Shown here: positions 38,001 to 50,783 of the stretch, piece after piece
Position numbering within the stretch: the first letter of the stretch is position 1
How the letters are laid out: the number at the start of each line of letters is the position of its first letter
Source of the DNA: Anthoceros angustus
Taxonomy: Eukaryota > Plantae > Anthocerotophyta
DNA length: 64,000 bases
Assembly: GCA_010909165.1 (NCBI GenBank)
Contig: VJWM01000025.1
Span: forward strand, 1,364,001 to 1,428,000
Direction of reading: 5' to 3'
Notes under the pieces: generated by a model
The model's database searches: none
What the model saw: the letters and a program-made list of their open reading frames with translations, nothing else
Told to the model about the DNA's origin: nothing
Position numbers and translations under genes: made by a program

Positions 38001-41000
38001 TGTTTTTATACTAAACCCTAATACGAAAAGTCATCCGGATATGTAATGCTTAAACATACCTAAACTACGTCAAGGTTTACTAACCCTAACACCCTCTTAA
38101 ACGAGACTAGTTTAATCGAACAACATTGTATGTTGCGCTTAAACCCCTGCACTGCTCCAAGTGATGCCATCGATATCCGTATCGCGTCTTGGCGGTGGGC
38201 GTAGCCATCATCATTAACACGTGCCCACGCCCAAAGCCGAGTAAAGACCTAACGCTCAAATTAAGATGACGAACCTCGTAGCATGGCAAAGGTTCCGCCT
38301 TTCCGCTTTCACATCCTCAACTGGATTGTCATCATGAGGACAAGAAGTGAAACTATACAGCTAGCGCACTAACGGGGAGAAGGAGGATCAGCAATAGACG
38401 GAAACTAGATCCGCATGATTCCACACAAACAACTCGAGACAGATTGGGACGAGAGACACTGCGTCGGTGCTACAGTGCGCCTAGGAGGCTGCAGGGTCTC
38501 TCTCAACATCGCTTGAGGAAATTAGGTCCGACCGCCCTCTCGCCAAGAATACCCAAAGGTCCCGATCGACATCTCGAGGAAATCGTTCGCCCCTCTCGTG
38601 AAACCATCGATTATGGATCGCTCAAGAGTGCATATCACTTGGAGGTAGATGCGCCAAGAAGGAGGACTGAGGGATAACGAACAATGTGTGATTGGGTTTG
38701 CATGAAGCTTCATCCACGTGCCCATTGGTCAAGCTTTTGTTGGTACTAAGCACACGCTTATATGTGTAGTAGCCTCACAGAGAGAGGCACATCTTAGAAT
38801 TGAATTCCAACTAAGGAGCTTTTTCTCCCACCCCCAACATCGATAAGTCTAGGAGACTATCCTGTTTTTGGGTCGAAGTATGCTGAGAAGTCGACCAGCC
38901 CAAGGCCTACCATTTGAAAATAGTGCTTGTGTTTGGACAAAGCTTTAGTCAAGATGTATGTGATTTTCTTCTCAGAGGAACATAGGCAACTTTCACTGCT
39001 CCTTTAGCAACCACATCACGGTTATAGTGATGCTGTATTTCAATGTGTTTTGTCCTTGCATGGAACCTTGAGTTAGCAACAAGGTCCAGTGCTGAAATAT
39101 TATCACACTGTATTGTCGTAGGTTGCTACTGTTGTTGGCCAATGCTGGCGAGGAAAGAGCGTTCCCATTCTACCTCCTTCGAGGCCTCAGTAAGACTCTT
39201 ATACTCGGCTTCAGTGGATGATAACGCTACCGTAGTTTGTTTCTTGCTGCTCCAGTTGACAGTAGCGGAAGACAGCTGTGGAATGGGTTTTTGCATCCAA
39301 AGACGCAAGGAGGCTACATTTACCCTCTATGTCGTTATAGTCCTAGGATTCGATCCCAAGGGAATGGTTTTGTGTCAAGATGTTCCAAGCTAAGGGATTT
39401 TAACTCTACTACGGTTTGGTTTTACCCAGCTGCAACCCACTACTACTTCCGAACTCACCACCGTGGTAAGTTCGACCACCGCCGTGGTAGACTCGGCCAC
39501 TGCAGTGGCGGACTCAGCCATTGCGGTGGGACCCACCTATCCTACCTCGTCCGTCTACTAGGCCCCGGTTCCTCCGGCGAGATTCTAACAACCTCGCACC
39601 TAGATTCGCGCCTAATTCTAGTTCACCTTCAGGAGCATCCACCCTAGAAACTCACGACCGACACCTACTTTGGCCACTCACACCGCGCCCACCCTCACCC
39701 GCCTCCGCTTCTCTACTTCCTTCCCAAACTCTCAATACCCCCACACACACAAGCCACACTTATACACCCTCTCATAGGCCACAGACCTCTCTACCGGGCG
39801 CAGATCTCTACCGGGCCACATTGCACTTTTCCTCGGGCCACACAGACCCCCACCCTTCATAGAATGGAACACGATCCAGATAAACAGCAGTTTGGGAAGA
39901 AGAGGAGGAAAGGTCAAGATGCGATTCGTCACCACGATCTCCCGCAACCTTATGGAAATTTCCTTCCAGATGCAGGCGCCCATCACGTGGTCGCCCAGAC
40001 GTGGAGCTTGGCCACTCTCCTCTCGACCACCTGTGGATCTTCCCCTTGTGAGAGCGAAGGCGGTGTTCAATCACCCATTGGTGATCAGACGTCTCCAATC
40101 AACCTCGCGCGCAGATTCGACACACGGAAGCTCACACCTGAATTTGTCTATCAAGAGAGACACAAAAGGGTGTCTTATACATCCAGCTGCAGATCACCAC
40201 AGCTCACTCCTCTCCAGTGTCTAAAAAAATATGGCTAACCACCACGAGCGCACCTACCAATTTAGGTGACTACAGCTCCACAGATCTTTAAAACACCCTA
40301 TCCCCTAATCCAAGAAAAGGCCTTGACCTATGATGCCGCTCCCCTCTAAAATCGCGCCTCATGCTTGCCGCCAGCCTCAGCCCATGGAGTTCCCTCGCCT
40401 CCGCCACGCCTCGATCCGAACCTCCCTAAAACTTCCACCTCACTTTGCCTCATGGGTCTTCGCTTCCGTGAGGGCGCCGCCTATTGCTCATATGCCTGTT
40501 ATTCGCCTCCTCATCGCCGGACAGCCACACTGCCTCTCTCCACGCCTGCCTCCGCCCGCCATCTCCTCAAGCACCACTATGGGTAGGCCCCAGCCCCATT
40601 CAAGAAACCACCGTAGACGCCTGTGGCAATTAAGATGTGTAGCCGAGTTTCGCCTCCCCGTCCCAACAACCATACCACATTTAGAGTGAGCACTGGCCAT
40701 GCGTGTGGTGACATGAGCATCCTCATCCGAGACGCCGCAAGACACACGCTTCTGTAGGTCCTTACCTCTCCGCCTGTGGACAATCCCGAATCGGCGCCTC
40801 TAATCCGTGGGAGTTGTATCCCCACTGCAGCCTCCCCGCTTGTGGCTTCCCCACCTCGCCTCCTTCCATGACGGTGGGTTTAGCCACCGTGGTAGTTGCT
40901 TCTCCCACGGTGGTTGCTTCAGCCATGTGGTGTTGCTCCCTTCTTCTGCTTTGCCTGCCTCTCTCTTGACTCTGGCCCTAGCCTCATCTCTCTCCCGCTT

Positions 41001-43087
41001 ATATCTCTCCGCCAGTTTCTTGAATTTCTCCAGGGGTGCCATCGTCTCCACCTGCTCTTGGACTCGTGAAACCTCATTCTGGAGCTCCTCAATCGTAGCG
41101 TGCGCTCCTTTTACTTGATTCACTAGGGCCTCCTATTGGGTGGACATGGCCCTTAGCTGCTCCTGTGCCTTGCACAATGCCTCCTCGCACTCTGCTCTCC
41201 TCCTCACGCTTGTTCTCGCCTCCAATCCCTCTAACTTTTCCTTGAGCAACTTCTTGCCTCGACACTCACCAAGTGAGAGCCACGACGCCTCGGGTCGAGA
41301 AGGTCCGCCTGGTCTCGAGCCATGGCAGGTTAGAGCTCGCAGATTCCCCAAATTGCTGTTCCCTGTGCCCATTCCTTCCACAATTCCCTGACCGTCAAGG
41401 CCACTGTCCGATACAATGGACAAATCAATGAGATATCTCCAAAATGCCTTGAGTTCCGCGAGCCTTGCTAAATTAACCCTTCCTCCCTAGGGATTGGTCG
41501 CAAATGCCTCCCTCATTCGTACTAAACTCTCCCGGGCGACTCATCCTCCGCACTGTGAAGGGGACAACCTGCTGCTTCCTTTGCTTTCCTCCTTCACCCA
41601 AGGCCCTTCGCTGCTGACCACGTGACCCTGGGTGTAGTTGTGGGTTCCTCCTCTACTGCAGCTGTTCTTCCCTTTTTGGCCGACCCTGCCGCCGCCGCCC
41701 TCTTCTTACCCTTGGAAACCTCCCCACCTTCATCCGAATCTTCCTGAGAGGCGATTCCCAACCGCTGGAATTTTCCCAAATCCTCCTTAGACTCTTCTTC
41801 TACCTTGAGTTCCCCGACCGGCCCACTATGAAGGGCGCACAACCTCCAACCTGCCATTACATCATACATTGGCGAGATTGAGGACTCTCTGCAGGAGAAA
41901 GAAGGAAACGGTGTATGATTACGTGGAGAGATTCTACAGTTACTTGGATCGCGTTCCAAGTGAAAGGCTTTTCGTCCCGAGTTATGGAGCATCGTTGAGA
42001 GATGCTACCAAGGCCATGGCTGCAGGACAACCAGTACAGATTAGTTTCACAGAAGTTATTGGGGCTTTGTTTCAGGAAGAGCAAACACGTACAGGCTCTC
42101 ATTCCAACTCTGGCCGAACTAAAATGGACAAGGTGCTTTACAGCTCTAAGTCACGGCCTCCCCATACAAACAATAAACACAAGACTGGATACTCATGCAG
42201 CTATTTCAAAGACTCAAAACCGTCAAATCAAACGACTGCTCCTCGCAATCAAAAGCGGATCTCGCGGTCATTGGGAGCGAATGCCGAAAAAGAACTGGGA
42301 CCAAACGGCTGATCAATCCTGGGTAATGCAATTCATGTCGCTTTCCAAGACAAAGCCATCTTCAAACTTCAAAGAAGTACCTTTCAAGTTATGACAACTT
42401 GCTTGTCTACTTCCTCCAAGGCATAACTCCCGTACTTGACCCGAGCAACGATGCATATTTTCCACAATCGGAGTTTGATTAGCAACTTTGTTCCTCTTCA
42501 TACCTGAGAGGGTGCATGTGATGAACTCCACCGTTGCAGTCTCAAGATTTTGGGCAAAGGTTCCTGTCACTTTCAGAACTCTAGTGGCTAGTGTTTCCAA
42601 CTCGACGAGGTCCTTTATGTCCCTGACATGGCTAAGCACTTGCTGTCAGTCAGTCAGCTTTTACGGTTAAGTGCCTACACACTGACCTTTACCTCCACTG
42701 GCTGCAACATTTTTCAGATAGGTTCTGTTAAGTCGCTAGTTGCCAAGGGCCTCTTAGAGAATGACCTTTATCGTCTTGACATGACATGCGCCCCTCGCCT
42801 CGCAAAGATTCACCGCTAAGTCCCAAAGAAGTTTTAGTACGCCTTGCATGCCGACAGGTCATGCCAACCAAGACAAGCTGATCCGTATGTCTAGCCTCGA
42901 CTGCTATACGGAGCCCTTACCTAAATGTTTCAAAGAGCTACCTACCTTCACTGTATCGCCGCCGCTAAAAGAGCCTTTCCTCTACCCCGCATCGGACTCC
43001 ACGCTTTTAGAACTTGTCCATGCCGATTTCGGAAGATCCATGTGGCATCACTGAGGTTCTCTTTATTATCCGACCGTGAAGACCACA

Positions 43088-46000
43088 TGTGTACTAACCC
43101 GCTCCCAAGTGTCGATGAACGATTTTTTTGTTTTGATGTGTTAGAATAGCAAAGTGCTTTGAGAATCATCCGAGTCGTCTTTTATACGAATGGTCCTTGG
43201 CCCTTGGAGATAATAATAATTTTTCGACTTAGGTTTGACCCCGAGGGTGGGTAGAAATAGAGTCCTTGGGTATTGGGAATTTTAGAATAAAAGGTGTCTA
43301 TATATGCTAGGATGCTCACATACATGCAGCTTGAGTAGTCAAGGCTAGTTCCACCACGGTGGCCGAGAAACGGACGCATGCACTGTGGGGAATTTACAAC
43401 CCTAGTGGCGGAGCGGGACTACCACGGAGCGCAATCGGGAGAAGGGCACACCCAAAGACTGCGAGGTCGCGACTTTCCGTGAGGGGCACGGAGCGGAGCC
43501 GCAAGAAGAGGGGCGCGCACAGACACCACGCCAGCCAAATCACCTCGGCAGGAGGAAGGCGCGACGATCGTGCAGGGCGGGCGCGGAGGAGAGAAATCGG
43601 GCGCAAGTTCGCGAGGAGGCGGAAGGAGCGCGAGGGCGGCTCGATTTTTTTCTTCCGACCGTAACCGCAGGTAGTTTTTGTTTTGGGAAACAACGAGAAG
43701 GAGATGGCGCGGCCGAAATCCCTCACACGCAGGGCCCAACATGGACCACCGGAAAGTGAGAGTGCAGTGAGCCGGGCCTCAAGTTCATGGAGAAGAAATG
43801 GTGCTAATGTACCGCATTGGTGCAAGAGTGCGCCCGCAATTAAGGACCAAGTCGCAAGAGGGTGACGCGAGGAAAAGGCCGCAGAATCGGATTTGGCCTC
43901 TTCGAGCAGCGGCGAAGCATCAAGATGGGAGCTTGGTGATTGACCTCAAATAAAGAAGACCTTGAGAGCCGCAGCCGCGCCATGAAGCCTGGGGAAGAGT
44001 GAATAACTGGTGACTCGCCAACTCGTTCTCACAGTGGATTGGCCAAATGGATTTTGTGTTTCTGTAACCCAAGTCGGATCATATGGCGGATCACTTCTTG
44101 GTTTTTCTTCACGAGGTGGTCAAGGGTACACAAATTGATTGGGGAAGGATGATTTTCAAAGAGCCGTGAGGAGAAGGCGACTACTCTCCTTCCCTCGGCC
44201 CTCCTTGATTTCGCCTTTTCCGATTCATGTATTTCCCGGTGTTTAACTGAGTTGAAGTCGTGGTCCGCCCGCATGGTTGGAAGCCAGGAACCCAAGGTAG
44301 AAGAGGAGGAATTTAAGGAGGATTGCAAGGATTCCAAGAATGCTCCCGAAGGTTCTAAGAGGGTGGGAAGTTTCCAAGGGTAAGAAGCGAAGGGCGACGA
44401 ACGGGTCAAAAGGGAGGAGCAAGAAGAGGAGGAACCCACACCACACCTGTGGTCACCAGTGTCAAGACTAGCAGGAACGCTGTAAAGGAGGAGAAAATAA
44501 AGGGAAATGGCAAGTTGCTCCCTGTGGGGATGAACCGCTAGGGGAGAATGAAGGGGAAGAGGCAAGGCATCAACCCCTAGGAGAGGAGGGGTTAACTTCA
44601 ACCGAGACCGCAACGAGCTCCGGACATTTTTGGCGACATTTCACCGAACCGAACTGCCGAGGTGGGGATAGGAGACACCGCCGACAAGAATTGTTGTGGA
44701 GGCGGATGGGCAAAGGGACAGCCCAATTTGGGGATTTGCAGGTTTGACTTCGCCATACGACGCAGCGGATCTCCTCGATCAAGCCCATGGCTCTCACCGA
44801 GTGTGCAAGGCCAACAGGAGAAGTTGCTCAAGGAGAAGTTGGAAAGCCCGAAGGCGAGAGCAAGGCGCCGAGGAGCGCAGACGGAGTGCGGCCTTATGCA
44901 AGGCATGGAGCGCGGGGACATGTCCACTCACAGAGGCCTTAGTAAATCAGTCAAGGGGCGATGCTACAATTGAAGAGCTTCAAGATGAGGTCTCGCGAGT
45001 CCAGAGCAGTGGAAGCGATGGCGCCTTGGAGAAATTCAAGAAGTCATGAGAGGTACAAGCGGAAAGAGACGGGTTAGCCAGAGTCAAGAGAGAGGTGGCC
45101 AAACCAAGAAAGGCCGAGCACCACCGCAGAGCCAAGCAACCACCGTGGGGAAGAACCACCACGGTGGCTAAACCAGCCACCGCCGTGGAACGGGAACCGA
45201 GGTGGGGAAGTCACCACGGAGTGTCGCAGATGGAGGGATGATCTCCGAGAATCAACAGCACCGCCTGTGATTGTCCACGGAGGAGAGGGTAAGGACCTCA
45301 GATCAAGGGGCGACAGTTACGGCGTCCGGATGAGGATGCTCATGTCCCCGCCGCGCATGGTGAGCGGGTGCTCACCTAAACGTGTATGTGGTTGTTGGGA
45401 CAGGAGGGGCGTAAACCACCGGGTCAGACATCTTGACCGCCACAGCGCTACTGCTGGTTCCTTCGAGGAGCGGCGCCATCCTCCGCAAGTGGTGCCGAAG
45501 AGATGAGCGAGGCGCAGCGAGCATGGAGGGAGGAGCACGGTATGGTTGTCCAAATGAGGAGGAGCGGGACATATAGAGGTCAAAGGCAACGCCCGCTGGA
45601 AGGCGCGAGGGAAACTAAAAAGGAGAGTGAGGTGGAGGTTGTGGGGAAAATCGCCGGATCGAGGCGAGGTCAAGAGCGAGAGGGGTCCCCATGGGCCGAG
45701 GGCGAGGCAAAGAATCGCGGAGGCGGCAGCACTGATTTTAGGGGAGTCGCGATAGCCTAGGACCGGGTTTTTCAAAGTAGGGATAGGGAGTTCCATCACC
45801 AGAGAGTCATGTTGCTTAGATTGGTAAGGGCGCCGTGGTAGGAGCTACAATTTTAGACACTAAAGAGAAGTGAGTGGTTGGACCACAGATGTATAAGAGA
45901 CCCTTTGGGTGTCTCTCAAAGATGACGATTTCGTGTGAACTTCCGATCGAACCTTCGTGGGGTTGATTGGAGACGCCCGTCAAGATCAAACGGGTTCGCG

Positions 46001-46702
46001 ACCGCCTTCGTCACAAGAAGGCCGGAAGATCTCTCGGATGGTCGAGAGCGGAGTGGCCAAGCTCCACGCCTGGGTAACTGAAGGCCGCCGAAAAGAGGTA
46101 GGAATTGCCGCGAAGGCCGAGGCGGAACCGGGAAGGCGACCGCCCAAGCACCGACCGGGTTTTCTTCCCGATCCTCTTTCCAACCGCTGCCACTGTGTGT
46201 TCATTCCATGAGAGAGGGGTCCGTGTGGCCCAAGGAGGAGGTCTGTGGCCCAAGGAGGGAGGGGTCTGTGGCCCGTGAGACGAGGGAGAGTTCATTAGGA
46301 AGGGGAGGTTCCCGAGGGAGATGAGTGCTACCGAGGGATTGTGAGAGTGTGTGAGGGAAAATCGAAATGTAAGAGGAGTGGAAGCGTGGAATCGCAAATT
46401 CCGGTAAGTGAGGCGTATAGGTGTCCGATGCCCATAGCCCCTAGGTCCGAGAGAAGCCGTGACGATAGACTCCGCGAAGGCGCACGGAGGGGACCCGCCG
46501 AACTGCCACGGTGGCCGAGTCTACCACGGTGGTGGGCAGGGGTGGCCGGAGAAGGTGGGTAGTGAGCGACGGTAGGTCTAGAATCCATAGATTTAGCAAC
46601 ACCTTGACACAACACCATTCCCTTGGGATCGAATCCTAGGACTATAACGACATAGAGGGTAAATGTGGCCTCTTTGCCTTCGGATGCAAAACCCATTCCA
46701 CA
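43088..46702 (+). mobile_element. Element X1: 3.6-kb solo-LTR-like insert in the Copia D integrase (partial copy 33310-36515)
   Basis: Termini TGTGTAC..TTCCACA. TATAAG at 45892, about 800 bp before the 3' end. Contains a degenerate coiled-coil ORF. No gag/pol; TSD not resolved. Confidence 0.65.
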
Positions 46703-47243
46703 TCGATCACGACATGGGATTTTGGACATTCCCCATGAAACGGAAATCGGATACCTTTCAATATTTCCAAGAATGGCTGGTCATGATTCAGCGCCAAACA
46801 GGTTGCCTTCTTCGCTGCCTCCGGTCTGACAATGGGACTGAATTTTTTAATTCACCTTTCAATGAATATCTGGCAAAGTGTATTACTTCGTCACCAAGAT
46901 ATTCGCATACACTCAAGAATGTAACGGCGCACCGATGAGGAATCAAACCTTACTTAACATGACGAGGAGCATGCTTGCCTGGTCTGGATTAAGCAAGGCA
47001 TATCAAGTATTGTCACCGCTACCTATATTTTAAATGCATTTTACCTGCGGCTCGATCGACGCCTTTGAAGTCATGTGGAAAAGAAAACCCAGCCTTCTTC
47101 ACCTTCAGGTTTTCGGGCCACCCGCTTATGCTCTCATTCATGCTGCCCAATGCAGGAAACTGGATGATAGGGCCCGTCCCCTTATTTTTTGTCGGGTATG
47201 GAGAAGAATCTAAGGCCTATAAACTCTATGACCCGCTCTGTCA

Positions 47244-47801
47244 TGTCGTGTGATACTAATCTCTGCACTTGGGTTTAGTGTTTGATTAGCATTAATTAAT
47301 CTAATTACTTATCTTTAAGTAAGTAATTAGTGTTAATTAATCTAATGTGCTTATGTTAATTAAGCATTGATTAGTGTTAATTAAACATGATTAGCAATAG
47401 CTGTGGATAAGCTCAAGTAATATGCTTTGGCATATTCCTTGCATATTATAGTGTATTCTTAGGATACAATAGCTAAGTGGATAACCTCAAGTAATATGCT
47501 TGGCATATTCCTTACATATTATAGTGTATTCTTAGGATATTTCCGGCATATGCTGATGCCAATAGGATATCTTAGGAATATGCTGATGCCAAGGGCTAGT
47601 ATATATAGACCCTTCCATTGAGGACAAGCTCAGACCAAAGCTATGACTCCGAGAGCGATGCGTGAGGAGAGTGTGTTTGTGCCACGAGGTGCGAGCTACT
47701 CCCTCCTGTTGTTATTGGTTGCACCTATATATCTGCGTATTAGATTTGTTTGCTTGGCTATTGGTCGAGGTGCATGAATTCAAGTGCTTTACCGTGCGAC
47801 A
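47244..47801. mobile_element. Solo LTR W (558 bp, AT-rich)
   Basis: Termini TGTCG..CGACA, flanked by CTGTCA/CTTTCA. Internal direct repeat of about 75 bp. The Copia frame YDPL..FCHDVSFRE resumes across it. Confidence 0.75.
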
Positions 47802-48946
47802 CTTTCAAGTCCGGTTTTGCCATGACGTTAGCTTTCGGGAGCTCGTTAACCTTGCCCCTTCCTCTGACGGGCTTGCTCCTGAGTCCTCTTCTGACCAGCC
47901 TGAGTTCGATGCTTCTCCCTCTGAGTATCCCCAGGATGCTTCATATGAACTATCCCCTGCCCTTTTCCCCGTGGCGTTGGCGATTCGGTGGAATTACTCG
48001 GCCTTACTGTGCAATATAATGCGGACGTGCTGATCTCAAGCTCCATCACCTGCCCATACTATTGACTCGCAGTACCTGGCCCAGCCTCATTTCGAAATCC
48101 GAGTCGGTTGTTCGGCGGTTGCACTTACGCCGCGAGCAGATCGTGATCGCACAGTGTAGATGAGACAGATGACGCAATTTCTAAAGCCGATATACCAGCA
48201 GCTGATCCTGCAATGGATGATTTTGAGCACGTTCAGCATTTAGATCTCGGAGATCAACCCCTCTCACCTATTTCTGAACATGAGCAGGTTGATGAACAGG
48301 TTCACACTTATCTGGAGCCTGAACCAGCTGTGACTGAGCCTCCTGTTCTTGAACCTGCTATGGAAGAACGAAGATACCCCACCAGGTCGCGTCCTCCACG
48401 AGATCAATGGAGTGAACGACCTTATCAGCCTGAAGATTTTCGGCAGCCTCATTCAGCTCGACTCTGTGAGGCCTTCTCCACCAGCACTGTTCACCCTGCT
48501 GAACCACGCTCATATAAGGAGGCTATTAACGGCAAGGACAAGCATCACTGGATCCCTTCCATTCAAGATGAATACGATTCCCTCATGAAAAATGAAACAT
48601 GGGAACTGTGTCCTTTACCTGCCGGACGCAAAGCTGTGAGCTGTAAATGGGTCTTCAAACATAAGCTGAACGCACAAGGAGAGATTGCCAGGTACAAGAG
48701 TCGTCTTGTAGCCCGAGGTTTTTCTCAAGTGGCTGGAGTGGACTTCCATGAAACTTTCAGCCTGTAGAAAACACCAATCGTCCAGATGACAGCCTCGGCT
48801 GCGCAAAGAAGGGACTGGGACTTGGAACAAATGGATGTTTCAACGACTTTCCTCTACGGGGATCTTGAGGAAGACATATACATGGAACAGCCCGAAGGCT
48901 TTGTGGACCACAGGCATCCTACCAGGTGCAAGAAGGCGTTATGCGG

Positions 48947-50355
48947 TGTGGAGTGCCAAATCCAGTGTCCACTCTTGGCGGCTTGTTTTGCTTTTTTGGT
49001 CACGTTCTTGTTAAAGAGGGATGAGGAGGTTAGCCAATAGGCCATTTTCGGCCGTTGCATACAGTGCAATCCCCTGACCCTATCCGTTGGAGGACTGGAG
49101 TGGTCCGTCCGGCGGTCAGATGGAGTGGTCCGTCCTTCAGGAGGTCCGACGGAGTGGTCCTCTTGAGAGGTCAGGCGGAGTGGTCGTCAGGGGTCCGGTC
49201 AGCGGAGTGGTCCGTCCGGCGGTCAGGCGGAGTGGTCCGTCCTTGAGAGGTCGGCGGGTGGTCCGTCGGGCGTCACGGTCCGAGGTGGTACGGGGTGGTT
49301 TAGTTTGGTGGCATCGCTGGCATGGATCTCTTGTTTGGCGGGGAAGCGGTGGTGCAGAAGTCCGGCGTGATGAGCTACGTCCGTGCGGTTACCACGACCA
49401 GGGGTTAGGGTACATACATAGGGTTAGGATACATACATAGGCGGGTTAGGTTAGGTATGGGAGTATATAGGAAGGCTCATGCCCAAGACGTGACTATCCT
49501 GCACTGCTCAAGGCCTCCGTGCAGGCTCTTGCCTTCGTGGCTCGAGGAGGAGTGAGTTCTCATCACCGCAGGATTAATTGGTGGTAGAGGATGTAGAGCT
49601 CGTGACGAGCTCCGCCAACACGCTTGATGGGTGCACTGGGATGGACTCGAGCTCGTGAGGTGCATGGGTGATTTCAAAAGTAGACTAACCTTGAGGCCGC
49701 CGGAACGGAGGTGGAGTTGCAGTATGCGGTTACCGCAACGTGAAGCGGTCGCAGGGATTAGGAGGCGCTTTGGGGTGACTGGCGGAAGCCACCCTTGAGT
49801 CACTTTGGAACGGAGGTCGTGGAGTTGCGGTGGTCAAGCCACTTCTGCAGTAACGGCATCGGAGGGGATTAGGAGGCGCTTGGGGTGACTGGCGGAAGCC
49901 ATCCTTGAGGCCGGAACGGAGGTCGGGGTTGCTGCCAAATCTACTTCTCCGCAGAACGGAAGCGCCCGAAGAGGCAAAGCGGCCCGTGAATACATACAGA
50001 GATTGGTGTTTACCACCGGTGATGGACAAGAGAGGAGGGTCGCGCTGGCGTGTGTGTTGAGGTGAGTTGTGGCTTATGACAGGAGCTACCGTTGTGGGAG
50101 CACGATCGATGGAGGAACGCCGTTAAACCTGCTCCGTGGACTGGAGAAAACCCGGGGTTTGTGGGAAGGTTCAGTGGCCCGTCCGACGTAGTTGGGGAGG
50201 CACACTTAGGTTGTGCCGCCGACCCAACATGATGAAGTCCGAGCGTGTTGTAGAGCTTCAGTATAAGCACGATCATTCCCTTGGGAACAGACTCCTTACT
50301 ACAATGACACGGGATTGTGCGCGCCCGGCTGGCCGTCAGCGAAAGTCGCGCCACA
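48947..50355. mobile_element. Solo-LTR-like element Y (1.4 kb)
   Basis: Termini TGTGG..CCACA. Flanks TGCGG/TACGA are consistent with a decayed TACGG TSD in the Copia LYGLK motif. Internal GGAGTGGTCCGTCC repeats (49085-49270) and a direct repeat of about 110 bp (49750-49910). Confidence 0.75.
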
Positions 50356-50783
50356 TACGACCTCAAACATAGCGCACGAGAATGGTACAAGTGTATTGAC
50401 AAATACTTGAAATCTATTGGGTTCATCCCAAACCCTGCAGATGCAAACGTCTACATCTACAACAAAGGAGGATACATGGTTATCTTGGCTCTTTATGTCG
50501 ATGACGCGATCCTGGCGTCAAACAATCGGAAGCTGTTAGACTGGGTAAAAGGGATGCTCCACAAGCGCTATGACATGAAGGATATCAGTCCTCTTACCTT
50601 TGTTTTAGGTGTGCAACTCATCCGGACAGGACCAATCGTACTCTCATCCTGCACCAGACCAAGTACATTGGTGAGACTCTCCAAAGATTTAATCTGCAGG
50701 ATGCGAAGTCAGTGAGCACTCCCGGCAGCGTTGGTTTGAAACTTACCTCTATGCAGAGCCCTCAAGATGAGGTTGATCGCGAG

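Larger units (their letters stand above)
26696..46320. repeat. About 9.8-kb tandem duplication (26696-36515 and 36520-46320)
   Basis: Collinear throughout (CACTA part, Copia C, X2, Copia D gag-int, X1). The copies differ mainly by scattered 1-10 nt indels. Confidence 0.92.
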
